A DNA stretch of 64,000 nt from an uncultured Pseudomonadales bacterium (GTDB lineage Bacteria > Patescibacteriota > Microgenomatia > UBA1400 > Chazhemtobacteraceae). Numbering within the stretch: the first letter of the stretch is position 1; each line of letters opens with the position of its first letter. The position numbers and the translations under genes are program-made. The stretch spans positions 209,543 to 273,542 of the forward strand of contig CAZUBK010000002.1 in NCBI GenBank assembly GCA_964618725.1, written 5' to 3'. This document shows positions 28,799-38,613 of the stretch, piece after piece. The notes beneath the pieces were generated by a model. It saw only the letters and a list, made by a program, of their open reading frames with translations, was not told where the DNA came from and ran no database searches.

Positions 28799-30009
28799 GG
28801 GCTGATTTTGGATTCTTTGGTGGTTTCTTTCAAGGAGGGATTTAGAATTAAGCCGATGAGAATGGCGAATAGAAGGCGGTTCTGGGGGAGTGTAAGCCAA
28901 TAATGGTCAAAGAGGCTAGTGAGAAGGATGACTAGAAGGGAGAGGAAGAGGGTACTTTTGCCGGTAAAGTCGAGTTTGGCGAATTGGCGAAAAAGAAATA
29001 CTGATGGGATGATGCCGAGTTCGGCTACAAGGAGAAGGTACATATTGTGAACGGGTTGATGAAGTAAGAGGAAATCATTGAGAGAGAGATTGCTTATAAG
29101 TTCCGTTTGAGCAAGGAGATAGTTACCTAAGCCTGCTCCGAGGAAGGGAAGGCTGAGAATGACTTGGAGGCTTAATTTGTTGAGAAGAAGGCGCTCAGAG
29201 ATGGTCTGAGGAAGCGTGGTGGGAAGTAGGACAGAGAAAATGAGGGTGATAAGGGTAAGTAAGGGAAAGAAGTAGAGGACGCGGTTAAATATAAAACGGA
29301 ACTTGGGCCCAAAAAGAAAAAGGAGGGTGAGACCAAAAGAGAGAAGGGTGGTGCGGGAGTAAGTAAGGATTAAACCAAGGAAGAGAAAGGGGAGAAGTAG
29401 ACGACGAAGAGTGGGAGCAATCAGAGAGTGAAAGTGAAGAAGTAGATAGTAAGAGACGAGGAGAAAGCCAGCAAGAGAGTTGGGGTGACTGAAGGTGGCA
29501 TATGATCGGAGAAGGACTTGATGAAAGAGAGTCGTTTTAGCTATATTTGGGGTCAGAAGATTAAAGGTGCGTTCTCCGAGAAGATAGAAGGGTTGTCCGA
29601 GACTGCTACTAAGGAGAAATTGGAGGAGAGAAAGAATGGCGGAGAAGTAAAAGGCAATGAGAAGACCAGCGAGGAGGTACTTGATGGGCTTGAGCGGAGA
29701 AGAAGCAAGGACAAGAGAGAGATTAGTCAGAAGGAGGAGGCGAAGCCAGTGATAGAGGGAAAGGAGTGGAGAAAGGGAAAAGAGAATATTAATCAAAGGG
29801 AGCAAAAGCAAGTAGGGGAAACGACGAAGGAGGAAGAGGACTTTTTTGTAGCCGAACGGAAGAAAAAAGAGGAGAAGGATGTCGGTGAAATAGATCGTTA
29901 GAGAGAGATAGTCGACGGGTATACCTAAGGGATGGCTCCAGGAAGGCCAGAAGTGAAGGCCAAGTTGTGAGATAGAGAAGAAGCCGATGAGGAAGAGTAT
30001 TAATTGCAC
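28795..30009 (-). CDS. O-antigen ligase family (Wzy_C) membrane protein
   Basis: RSYATFSHPNSLAGF, LTYSR, GAGLGNY, PVHNMYL...ELG. Confidence 0.9.
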   Translation of the reverse strand: MQLILFLIGFFSISQLGLHFWPSWSHPLGIPVDYLSLTIYFTDILLLFFLPFGYKKVLFLLRRFPYLLLLPLINILFSLSPLLSLYHWLRLLLLTNLSLVLASSPLKPIKYLLAGLLIAFYFSAILSLLQFLLSSSLGQPFYLLGERTFNLLTPNIAKTTLFHQVLLRSYATFSHPNSLAGFLLVSYYLLLHFHSLIAPTLRRLLLPFLFLGLILTYSRTTLLSFGLTLLFLFGPKFRFIFNRVLYFFPLLTLITLIFSVLLPTTLPQTISERLLLNKLSLQVILSLPFLGAGLGNYLLAQTELISNLSLNDFLLLHQPVHNMYLLLVAELGIIPSVFLFRQFAKLDFTGKSTLFLSLLVILLTSLFDHYWLTLPQNRLLFAILIGLILNPSLKETTKESKISP

Positions 30010-30018
30010 AATTACAGT

Positions 30019-30489
30019 CTACTGGGTAAGACGGGGGATGAGGAAGAGCTGTCGGTAGGGTTTCTCTCCGCGGGATTCGGTGAGAACATCGGGACTATCG
30101 GTGAGATAGCTATGGACGATTTGGCGCTCATAAGCATTGAGTCCGGGAATGATGATTTCTTGGCCGGTGGAGATAGCTTTCTCGACAGCCTGATCGGCTT
30201 TGATAAGGAGGGCATCACGACGACGCTCCTGATAGTCACCAATATTGACGAAAACCCTATGCCAGTCGCCTAGACGCTCTGAAATGACTAAGGATAAAAG
30301 AAGTTGGAGGGAAGAGACTGTTTCGCCGCGGTGGCCAATAAAAATGCCTGATTCATCGTCTGGGAGTGAGATTTGGACTTTGATTGAGGCATCTTCTAAG
30401 GCAACACCAAATTGATCTTCATTGAGACCGAGAAGGCTTAATATATTGCTGACAACTTCAGCAACTTTGGTTTGGTCTTGACTATTCAT
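30019..30489 (-). CDS. jag: Jag/KhpB RNA-binding protein (KH-R3H)
   Basis: IGHRGET..SLQ KH motif; ERQIVH R3H; position after yidC. Confidence 0.92.
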   Translation of the reverse strand: MNSQDQTKVAEVVSNILSLLGLNEDQFGVALEDASIKVQISLPDDESGIFIGHRGETVSSLQLLLSLVISERLGDWHRVFVNIGDYQERRRDALLIKADQAVEKAISTGQEIIIPGLNAYERQIVHSYLTDSPDVLTESRGEKPYRQLFLIPRLTQ

Positions 30490-30525
30490 GTGTGGGAAAT
30501 ATTTGATAATTCTTTAATAAGAGCC

Positions 30526-31284
30526 CTAAAGGATCTGCGACTTGCTCGCTACAAAAGAATAGGCTTTTTTGAAGTAGAGACCTAAGCCTCCTGGACCGGC
30601 GATAAAATATTGTTGAATGGCAGAAAAGAGGGTGGTGATGACCCAATAGAGGGCGAGGCCGGAAGGAAAGCGAAGGGCTATTATGCCAGTCATGACAGGC
30701 ATAAGAAAAAGCATTTGAGATTGCATAGCGCCCGCCATATCGAGAGCGTCACCTTCCTTTTCTTTTGTCTTCTTGGTGGCTTGCTTGGCAGGTTTGTGGT
30801 GCTCGAGACCGGAACGCATCATGAGAGAAAAGGCGAATTGGGTGAGGCCGGCAAGAAGAGGAAGGATATAGAGGGGATCGGGTTTACCAAGATCGAGCCA
30901 GAGGAAGTGAGTATTGATAGAGGTACCATTAGTACCGTCACCACTGAGGAAACGAATAAAGACTTGATAGAGGGCTATAAGGAGGATGAGTTGGACGACT
31001 TGAGGGAGGCAGCCAGCGGCGGGGTTAATGCCATGTTGTTTGTAAAGTTCTAGCTGAGCTTGTTGAAGTTTGACTTTGTCAGAGTGTTTCTTCTTGAGCT
31101 TGTCGAGGTGGGGCTTGAGATCCTGCATTTTTTTGGCCGAACGGATAGAGGAGATACTGATGGGGACGAGGGCACTACGAAAGACAAGGGTGAGGGCGAT
31201 GATGGCAAGACCTAAATTACCACCAAGGAGGTTATAGAGAAAAAAGAGAAATTGAATGGTGGGATTAATGATGAAATTTAGCAT
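30526..31284 (-). CDS. yidC: Membrane protein insertase YidC
   Basis: GLAIIALT..R, ELYKQHGINPAAGCLP, FLWLDL..PD, GLALYW. Confidence 0.96.
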   Translation of the reverse strand: MLNFIINPTIQFLFFLYNLLGGNLGLAIIALTLVFRSALVPISISSIRSAKKMQDLKPHLDKLKKKHSDKVKLQQAQLELYKQHGINPAAGCLPQVVQLILLIALYQVFIRFLSGDGTNGTSINTHFLWLDLGKPDPLYILPLLAGLTQFAFSLMMRSGLEHHKPAKQATKKTKEKEGDALDMAGAMQSQMLFLMPVMTGIIALRFPSGLALYWVITTLFSAIQQYFIAGPGGLGLYFKKAYSFVASKSQIL

Positions 31285-31313
31285 GGGTTTGTTTATATTT
31301 GAGGCTTATGACG

Positions 31314-31538
31314 CTATCGAAGAGGGTCAAAACCACCCTTAAAGAGGGGGTTACACCTGAGAAAGCGCTTGATGCCAAGTAGACTGCCGTGAATTATACC
31401 GTAGGTAGTGACCGCTTGGCGAGTGTAATCCGAACAAGTGGGGGTGAAACGACAGGCAAACATAGATCCAGTGAGGGGGGACAGGAAGGAATGAAGAGCG
31501 GGAGAGAGATCTTTCTTGTAGAGATAAAGGAGATTCAT
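31314..31538 (-). CDS. yidD: Membrane protein insertion efficiency factor YidD
   Basis: CRFTPTCSDY, RFLRCNP...GGFDP. Confidence 0.95.
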   Translation of the reverse strand: MNLLYLYKKDLSPALHSFLSPLTGSMFACRFTPTCSDYTRQAVTTYGIIHGSLLGIKRFLRCNPLFKGGFDPLR

Positions 31539-31543
31539 AAGAA

Positions 31544-31891
31544 TTATTTAACGATTAAGAATCGTCTTAACGAAGTAAGGAGAACGCCGCTAATATCGCT
31601 AACCTTAGCTTCAAGAAGTGGTTTTTTGGCGTAGATAATGATATCAAAACCAGGCTTAAGACTTGATAGAAAGGGGAGAAGCGAGGCAGTAAGGCGGCGG
31701 CGTACACTATTACGATCAACGGCACGACCAGATATCTTCTTACTGACGATGAAGGCAAAACGGGTTTCGGAATCTGAACCTGGAGAAGATGAACTAACAA
31801 GAGTGAAGAGGGGAGTATGGAGAGAATGCCCGGTGGATTCAGCTTGGTTCCGGGAGAAACGGAGAGGAAGGCGATGTTTTTTGGGGAGCAT
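31544..31891 (-). CDS. rnpA: Ribonuclease P protein component
   Basis: MLPKKHRL, RFAFIVSKKI..RAVDRNSVRRRL. Confidence 0.95.
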   Translation of the reverse strand: MLPKKHRLPLRFSRNQAESTGHSLHTPLFTLVSSSSPGSDSETRFAFIVSKKISGRAVDRNSVRRRLTASLLPFLSSLKPGFDIIIYAKKPLLEAKVSDISGVLLTSLRRFLIVK

Positions 31892-31916
31892 GGTTTGAGT
31901 TTACACCCGAGATTGA

Positions 31917-32060
31917 TTACACAGTGAGCTTGTGACGGCCTTTGGCGCGTCGACGCTTGAGAACGGCTTGACCGGCTTTGCGGAACATACGAGCGAGAAA
32001 TCCATGAACTCGAACGCGTTTCTTTTTCTTGGGCTGGTAAGTTCGTTTAGTTTTTGCCAT
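31917..32060 (-). CDS. rpmH: 50S ribosomal protein L34 (missing from ORF track)
   Basis: Hand translation [47 protein letters not shown]. Confidence 0.97.
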   Translation of the reverse strand: MAKTKRTYQPKKKKRVRVHGFLARMFRKAGQAVLKRRRAKGRHKLTV

Positions 32061-32148
32061 GGAGAATTGTGATTAATTATCTTGATTAAGACAAGGGAAT
32101 TTTACCAAAAAGCGAGTACAAGCACAAGATGTGTTCAGGAGAATAAAC

Positions 32149-32285
32149 TTGGCCACAAGAAGAGGAAATTGTGGATTACTTTTTTAATATTCAGCTTAGT
32201 TGGCTTATAGGAGGCTGATCGGAGAAAAGGCTCGTTTTGTTTGGGTCAACTGGGGGTTGGAATAGTGTGGAAAACTTCTTAGAGT
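32149..32285. promoter_or_regulatory. dnaA upstream region with DnaA boxes and -10 box
   Basis: TGTGGATTA 32170-32178, TGTGGAAAA 32266-32274, TAGAGT 32280-32285. Confidence 0.55.
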
Positions 32286-32292
32286 AGTGCCC

Positions 32293-33654
32293 ATGTGGGA
32301 CAAAGATCAGTTATGGCAGACAGTATCAGGAGAATTGGAAGTGGGGTTCTCGGGAGCGACTTTTAGTAGTTGGATTAAACCTTGTTTTATTATCTCATTG
32401 GCCGAGATGGATAGTGAGCGAATTTTGGTGGAGTTGGCTTGTTCGACGCCATATCATGTGCAGACTATAGACGAGAAATACTACACCCAGATAAAGAGGG
32501 CAATAGAATCTCAAACAGGAAGAAAATGTGAGTTGGCACTAGTAGTAAAACAGAAAGAGAGCGAGGGGAAGAAAAAGGAGGAGGTGGGAACGCTATTTGC
32601 TCAAGAAGAGAAGATAGATGACAGAGATCTTTTGATTGGTTGTGGACTTAATCCCAAGTTCACCTTTGATAACTTTGTGGTAGGGAGCTCGAATAATCTG
32701 GCTTACTCGGCGGCAAAGGCGGTGGTAGAGATGCCAGGAGGGAGACATAATCCACTATTTATCTACGGTGGGGTGGGGGTAGGAAAAACTCATTTAATGC
32801 ATGCTGTGGGAAGAGCAATGATGGAGAGGGGATATCCAAAAGTTAAGGCAGTTACCTCAGAGCAGTTTACAAATGAGTTTGTGGCTACACTTAGGAGTAA
32901 AATGGCGGATAGCTTTAAACAAAGATATCGAGGTGTTGATACTTTATTAATTGATGATATTCAGTTCATTGCGGGAAAGGAGCAGACCCAAGAGGAGTTT
33001 TTCCATACCTTCAATCATCTTTATGCCCAGAGTAAGCAGATAATCTTGACATCGGACAAGAAGCCACAAGAGATTACTGGATTGGAAGAGAGATTGTCGA
33101 GTCGGATGATGGGGGGACTGATGGTGGATATTGGATTACCTAACTTTGAAATGAGATTGGCGATTCTAAAACAAAAATGTAGTGAGATTAATATAGAGCC
33201 GGAGGAGGGGGCACTCGACTTAATCGCGACAAACGTGAACACCAACTCGAGAGAACTAGAAGGACTACTGATGAGACTGGTCAGCTTGGCCTCGATGGAA
33301 GGGAGTCGATTGAATCAGCGGATTGTAGAAAAAGAACTGGGAGTAAGGGGAACCAGGTTAGACAAGAGACTTAGACCACAAGAAGTGATCTCGTTGATTG
33401 CTAAACAATTTGAGTTTAAGAACAAGGATCTGGTGGGAGCAAGCAGGAAGGCAGAACTGGTCAGGGCGAGACACGTGGCAATGTATATCTTGCGAGTAGA
33501 AATGGGGCTGACACTACAACAGGTGGCATCGTTGATGGGGAGGAGTGACCATACGACGGTGCTTCATGCGGTAGACAAGGTAGAAAAGGAATTTATGATT
33601 AATTTGGAAACGAGAGAACAGGTGATGAGGGTAAAGCAGCAACTGTATCATTGA
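32293..33654 (+). CDS. dnaA: Chromosomal replication initiator DnaA
   Basis: LNPKFTFDNFVVG.SN, NPLFIYGGVGVGKTHL, IDDIQF, QEEFFHTFN, DHTTVLHA. Confidence 0.99.
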   Translation: MWDKDQLWQTVSGELEVGFSGATFSSWIKPCFIISLAEMDSERILVELACSTPYHVQTIDEKYYTQIKRAIESQTGRKCELALVVKQKESEGKKKEEVGTLFAQEEKIDDRDLLIGCGLNPKFTFDNFVVGSSNNLAYSAAKAVVEMPGGRHNPLFIYGGVGVGKTHLMHAVGRAMMERGYPKVKAVTSEQFTNEFVATLRSKMADSFKQRYRGVDTLLIDDIQFIAGKEQTQEEFFHTFNHLYAQSKQIILTSDKKPQEITGLEERLSSRMMGGLMVDIGLPNFEMRLAILKQKCSEINIEPEEGALDLIATNVNTNSRELEGLLMRLVSLASMEGSRLNQRIVEKELGVRGTRLDKRLRPQEVISLIAKQFEFKNKDLVGASRKAELVRARHVAMYILRVEMGLTLQQVASLMGRSDHTTVLHAVDKVEKEFMINLETREQVMRVKQQLYH

Positions 33655-33977
33655 GAGAAGAAGTTAGGATATGGATATGGATGTGGATGAAATGGGGAGG
33701 GTGGTGGAAATGTGGGGAAACCAGAGAAATATGCACATTTAAGAGTCTTTTATACACGAGATAATCCACAGGAACTGCGGATTGTGCGGGAAGAGAAACC
33801 CGAAGAGACAAGCAGGGAAAAACTAGAATGGTTTAGCAGTAAGATGGATATATCTATTATAAATTGATTTTTAGCAAATCCATCAGGCAAGAGTTAGCTT
33901 GACTTTCAACAAATCCACAGCGACTATTATTAGGACAACAAGATTTTTTAAAAAATATAAATTTACAGAACAAAAGA
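33655..33977. other. oriC: oriC-type region: DnaA boxes plus basal unwinding element (DnaA-trios)
   Basis: Boxes TGTGGATGA 33682, TTATACACG 33750, TAATCCACA 33762. ctttcaaca-aatccacag-cg-actattatta (33903-33932) mirrors the tandem box / GC linker / trio layout, followed by an AT-rich tract. Confidence 0.75.
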
Positions 33978-35075
33978 TTGAAAGTAAATGTTTTGGCGGA
34001 GAATCTAAACAGGGCAATGAGTATTACATCTCGCGTGGTGGCTAGTCGAGCTCAGTTGCCGATTTTGAGCAATGTTTTACTTAGAGCTACAAAGGAGGGA
34101 CTTCAGGTCTTGGCAACTGATTTGGAGATTGGAGTGAGGCTTTGGGTTGGTGCGAAGGTAGAAGAGGAAGGGGAAATATGTATCTCGGCTCGAGTTTTGG
34201 CGGAGTTTGTAGGGACATTGTCTTCGGGGGTGATTGAGATGGCGATTGAAAAAGAGAACTTGGTTCTGAAGGTAGAAGGATCGACGGCAAGGCTTCCGGG
34301 AGTAGACGGAGGGGAGTTTCCGGCGATACCGAGTTCTAAAAGTAAGGTGGATTTGGAACTGCCAATAGAGAGACTTGTGGAGATTGTGAACACGGTTTCT
34401 TTTGCGGCGGCGAGGGATGACAGTCGGCCAATATTCACTGGAATATTGTGGAAGTTAGAGGCAGGTAAGTTGACCTTGGCAGCGACTGATGGGTACAGGT
34501 TGAGCGTGGATGAGCTCAAGGTGGAGACGGATAAAACTGAAGCATTTGTGTTACCGGTTAGAGCATTGCAAGAGGTGGTCAAGGGAGTGGAGAAGGGAGA
34601 GAAAAAAGTGGGTTTGTATGTAGATTTAGAGAAACAACAGGTGATCTTTAAGGCAGGGGGGACAGAATGGGTGAGTCGGCTCTTGTCGGGAGAGTTCCCT
34701 CCATACAATCAGATTCTGCCGAGTGGGTTTGTAACAAAGATGACAGTGGGTAGGCTGGAATTGGGTGAAGCAGTGAAGCGGGCACTCATTTTTGCTAAGG
34801 AGAGTGCCAATATTGTGAAACTTAGTATTGGGGAAGGTAAATTGGTGGTGAGTGCAAATGGAGCAGCTGGTGGAGGAGAGACGACGATGGAGGTGGAGAT
34901 GGAGGGAGAATCAGAGACAGTGGCGTTTAATGGACGGTATGTCGTGGACTATCTGAACGTAGCAGAATCAGAAGATGTTGTCTTTGAGAGCGCAGGCCCG
35001 CTTAAGGCTGGGCTGTTTAAGATGCCAGGGAAGAAATTATTGCATGTAATCATGCCGGTTAGGGTGCAGGGTTAG
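33978..35075 (+). CDS. dnaN: DNA polymerase III beta clamp
   Basis: LPILSNVL, ATDLE, RPIFTG, ATDGYRL, GEFPPY, AFNGRY, VIMPVR. Confidence 0.98.
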   Translation: MKVNVLAENLNRAMSITSRVVASRAQLPILSNVLLRATKEGLQVLATDLEIGVRLWVGAKVEEEGEICISARVLAEFVGTLSSGVIEMAIEKENLVLKVEGSTARLPGVDGGEFPAIPSSKSKVDLELPIERLVEIVNTVSFAAARDDSRPIFTGILWKLEAGKLTLAATDGYRLSVDELKVETDKTEAFVLPVRALQEVVKGVEKGEKKVGLYVDLEKQQVIFKAGGTEWVSRLLSGEFPPYNQILPSGFVTKMTVGRLELGEAVKRALIFAKESANIVKLSIGEGKLVVSANGAAGGGETTMEVEMEGESETVAFNGRYVVDYLNVAESEDVVFESAGPLKAGLFKMPGKKLLHVIMPVRVQG

Positions 35076-35076
35076 C

Positions 35077-35634
35077 CTAATCGATTCCGGGAGGGGTGGT
35101 AGTGAGTAGGTAGGGAGATAGGGTTTGAAATTCTTGGAGGGTAGTGGGAGTAAAGTACCAGATCTCGACGACTTTGCCAGAGACTTGATGTGTGCCCAGG
35201 GCAATGCCGTGACTTGGGAAGATGTAAACAGGATAATAGGGACCAAGGTAGTCGGTGTAAAGAGTCGCGGCTGGTCGACCTAGCTTGGGGGTAAGATCCC
35301 GAATATTGGTATCTTCTGTGAGTTTGGTTTTTTGGATAAGGAGAGTAACTTCGTTGTCGTCGACGATAGCAACATGGGGATCCTGGACATAATCTGAGGT
35401 GAACTGAAGGGAGGTTTTGCCATTGATTGTGTCTTGGGAAATGGGGTTGCCAAGAACGGCAATGAGATCGGCGGGAGTAGAGATATTGGGGCGGATGTTT
35501 TGATAGGTGAGAGTGGGTTGAGGAAGTGGGGTAAGGAGACGGAACATAATACCAATGACGATGAGAGTAATAAAAATGAGGGGAGTGTAGAATCTGGGGG
35601 AACGGGGATTGAGTTTGGATAAATTAAGTTTCAT
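35077..35634 (-). CDS. Membrane-anchored hypothetical protein (T4SS cluster distal gene)
   Basis: 185 aa, N-terminal TM, two LG.P repeats. Confidence 0.7.
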   Translation of the reverse strand: MKLNLSKLNPRSPRFYTPLIFITLIVIGIMFRLLTPLPQPTLTYQNIRPNISTPADLIAVLGNPISQDTINGKTSLQFTSDYVQDPHVAIVDDNEVTLLIQKTKLTEDTNIRDLTPKLGRPAATLYTDYLGPYYPVYIFPSHGIALGTHQVSGKVVEIWYFTPTTLQEFQTLSPYLLTTTPPGID

Positions 35635-38571
35635 TTAGTTTCCTATTGTATATTTTCTAGCAAAACGCATGTGATTTGGATAAGAGGCAGAGACGTTGCA
35701 ATAACTGCCATAGTTGTCGCAGGCGACGAAGACACCAAAAGATTCAGCAAGGTCTTCGGCAATTGGGACGGCGGTAGGATTTTCGTCCCAAGGATAAGTG
35801 TTGAGTAAGCCTTCGCTGCCGATAATGAAAAGAAAGTCTTGGCGGAGCGGAGTGGAGCGATCGGCAAAGTGACCAAGCTCGTGAGCGAGGGTATAGCCGA
35901 CTTTCCAAGGGTCTAGACCAGAAAAGCAGTCATTGAAGTTGTTAAACCAGATGGCATTACCGGTGGCAATTCCGCAAAAATCGACATTGACAGGGTCGTA
36001 TCTTAGATTGATGGTGCCAGTTTTGCAGGCATTGTTCATGAGGATAGGATATCGGGAAGCGATAATAGTAGCAGCATCAGCGATAGCTTTTTGGTGTTCG
36101 GGGACTGGACCCCAGGTATTATCAAACTTAAGACAAGAGATGGTTGGTGGAGCAATGCCTCCACCTCCGGGATAGATACCAGTGCCCCCTGGGCCAACAC
36201 CGGACTCAAGTTGGACGAGGGTGGAAAGGAGGGGGGCAATGTTGATGGTGGGGATGTAGACGAAGAGATAGCCGGCGATGATAGCGGCAAAGATGATGGG
36301 AGCGAGGAAGACGATGGAGATGGAAGACATGATAACAAGAGGGAAGGAGGTAACGGCAACTAAAACAGCACCAGCCCCACCTGCGAGCATTTTCCAGTCG
36401 AAGTCCCAACCAAAGATATTGCGCCAGACGGACTTAAAGCTTTTCCAGAGAAAACCGATGGTTTTTTCAACAACGAAGCCAAGGACGGCACCGACAATGA
36501 TTCCGATAGGACCAGCAAGTGCACCAAGAGTTCCTCCGGCAGCGGCAGCGGCGGTGGTGGTAGCAGCTGTCGTGGCACCTTTGGCGACGAGTTGAGCGGC
36601 AACGGTTTTGAGGCCTTGTTTGATACCTTCTTTGGTGATAGTTTTGGTCGCTTGGCCAAGGAGTTTGACACTGACCTGTTTACTTAGAGATATACCTTGA
36701 ACAAAACCCTTAATGAAACCTCGACCTTCGGCTTGGCCGACTTGTTTCATGACCCAGTTGCCGACAGATTGAGTGGGATGGGAGACAAATCGAAAGGTGG
36801 ATCTTATTGGTTGAGGTAGGGATGAGGCAACCTTTGAGGTGGCAACTTGATATGAAGATGGTTTTTTGGGACGACTGATGTCATGATCGAGACTGGGGAC
36901 TCGGCCCTCGTTTTGGCGGATTTGAGATTGTTTGAGGACTGTTCTGTACAGGTGAAACTGTCGATTCTTGCCGTGTTGTTTTTTTAGCGAGGTAGAGGCT
37001 TTGGCTACATGTCTTGGGGTAATGCCAAGATTACTGAAGCCTATACTACCTGCTAGATGGGGTTCTCTAATGGTTCTAAAAAAAGCTTCTGCTTCAGTGG
37101 CCTTAGCAGTAGGAATGGAGTGAACTTCCGTAGGATTCTGTTTAATTGTGATTTCACGAGTTTCTTTTTGAAGAGAGGCAACGTCTTTGTTTATGTCGTC
37201 GATTACTCTGTTGGCTTCACCTGACTCGATAAGGCGAACAATGGCTTGTTGGTTTCCAGTATTGGTTTTCTCGATGTGTTCTTGGAGAGCGGATTGTTCT
37301 GGATAGGCCTTGTCGGCCTCATTGAGGAGAATACTGTTCTGAAATTTGGCCACTTCTTCGGTGGCTTTCTTAGTAGCTTTAGCAAAACTAATTATTTGTA
37401 GATCTTGATATTGAACAAGAGTGGCAGATTCTGGTTCGAGAAAACTTGTTTTACGAAAGGTGTCAATATCATCGATGGCGTTGATAACTCTGGGATCTGT
37501 GGGAAGAACTTGGGGAAGGTGAGATTGTATTTGTTGATCGAGCGTATATATTTCAGATTCAGGATCGAGACTGGCGGCTATAATGGCGGCATCTTCAGTG
37601 GATTCTATAATGTCGAGAGATGAAAGAAGGGAGAGCGTTTGGATGTTGGCGGTTGAATCAAGTCCTAGGGGGGTGAGGATTTCTTTGGCGAGTTCTGTAT
37701 TGAGAAACTCAGGATCAGTTCCAGGTTTGGTACTGCTGACAACGACCATGGCGAGTTCTTGTTGATGCTGGTCCAGTTCGGCACGTTTTTGTTTGAGAAG
37801 ATTTAGGGCAATTCTTTTTTGGACAAGTTTAAGAATTAATTTTTTTTGGCCATCAGTCTCAAACTTGATGCGGGTTTCTATTTCCTCATTGAGGGCTTGT
37901 GCTTCACTTAAAGCAGAGAGTTGTTGGGCCATTAGAGCTTGATCGACGGTGCCAGAGGTGGTTAGATCTTCATGGTCTTGTTCTCCTGTAGGTGTTTTCT
38001 CACCTCCTTGGGTTTCTTCTTCAAATGTTTCACCTACTTTCTCTTCTTCTTGCTTTGGGGGTTCTTCTTCGGTTTCTGTTTCATCAATACGGGCGACTAC
38101 GGTGTCAGATGGAGTAATGATCTTAGTGTCGTCGTAATAATCGATGCCAGTCTTAAGATTGCTAACTTTTATTGAGTCGCCTACCTGTTTTAGATTGGAG
38201 ACATCTCCGTTTACTAATGTGGGGAGTAATTGAGGATAGCCTTCAAGGGTTAGTTTTTCGAGATGTTGAATTACATCTTTGGAAGAGTCTTGACCAGATA
38301 GGTGAATGGGAATATTGGCCTTAATTTTTTCAAACGACATTTTGTAAAGGCGTCGGGCGAAGGATTTGACTGTATCATCACTCCATCCCTGTCCATGGGG
38401 ATCTTCACTTTTGGACAGTTCCATAACATAACTAAGGGCTTGATTGAATTTACTTTCACTTGGCCTTAAGTTGCTGATAGGAGCTTGGATATAGGAAGCA
38501 ATAACCTGAAGTGCACCCTGAATTCTTTGATCATATTCAGTAATACCTCTCTTTTTGGGATCGTAGGGCAT
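35635..38571 (-). CDS. Large membrane protein with Gly/Ala-rich hydrophobic region and C-terminal zincin metallopeptidase domain
   Basis: 978 aa; AAAAAGGTLGALAGPIGIIVGAVLG; LAHELGH followed by EDLAE. Confidence 0.75.
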   Translation of the reverse strand: MPYDPKKRGITEYDQRIQGALQVIASYIQAPISNLRPSESKFNQALSYVMELSKSEDPHGQGWSDDTVKSFARRLYKMSFEKIKANIPIHLSGQDSSKDVIQHLEKLTLEGYPQLLPTLVNGDVSNLKQVGDSIKVSNLKTGIDYYDDTKIITPSDTVVARIDETETEEEPPKQEEEKVGETFEEETQGGEKTPTGEQDHEDLTTSGTVDQALMAQQLSALSEAQALNEEIETRIKFETDGQKKLILKLVQKRIALNLLKQKRAELDQHQQELAMVVVSSTKPGTDPEFLNTELAKEILTPLGLDSTANIQTLSLLSSLDIIESTEDAAIIAASLDPESEIYTLDQQIQSHLPQVLPTDPRVINAIDDIDTFRKTSFLEPESATLVQYQDLQIISFAKATKKATEEVAKFQNSILLNEADKAYPEQSALQEHIEKTNTGNQQAIVRLIESGEANRVIDDINKDVASLQKETREITIKQNPTEVHSIPTAKATEAEAFFRTIREPHLAGSIGFSNLGITPRHVAKASTSLKKQHGKNRQFHLYRTVLKQSQIRQNEGRVPSLDHDISRPKKPSSYQVATSKVASSLPQPIRSTFRFVSHPTQSVGNWVMKQVGQAEGRGFIKGFVQGISLSKQVSVKLLGQATKTITKEGIKQGLKTVAAQLVAKGATTAATTTAAAAAGGTLGALAGPIGIIVGAVLGFVVEKTIGFLWKSFKSVWRNIFGWDFDWKMLAGGAGAVLVAVTSFPLVIMSSISIVFLAPIIFAAIIAGYLFVYIPTINIAPLLSTLVQLESGVGPGGTGIYPGGGGIAPPTISCLKFDNTWGPVPEHQKAIADAATIIASRYPILMNNACKTGTINLRYDPVNVDFCGIATGNAIWFNNFNDCFSGLDPWKVGYTLAHELGHFADRSTPLRQDFLFIIGSEGLLNTYPWDENPTAVPIAEDLAESFGVFVACDNYGSYCNVSASYPNHMRFARKYTIGN

Positions 38572-38613
38572 GGCTATATTTTACAAGCTTGTGAGGAGAA
38601 AAACAGTTCATGA

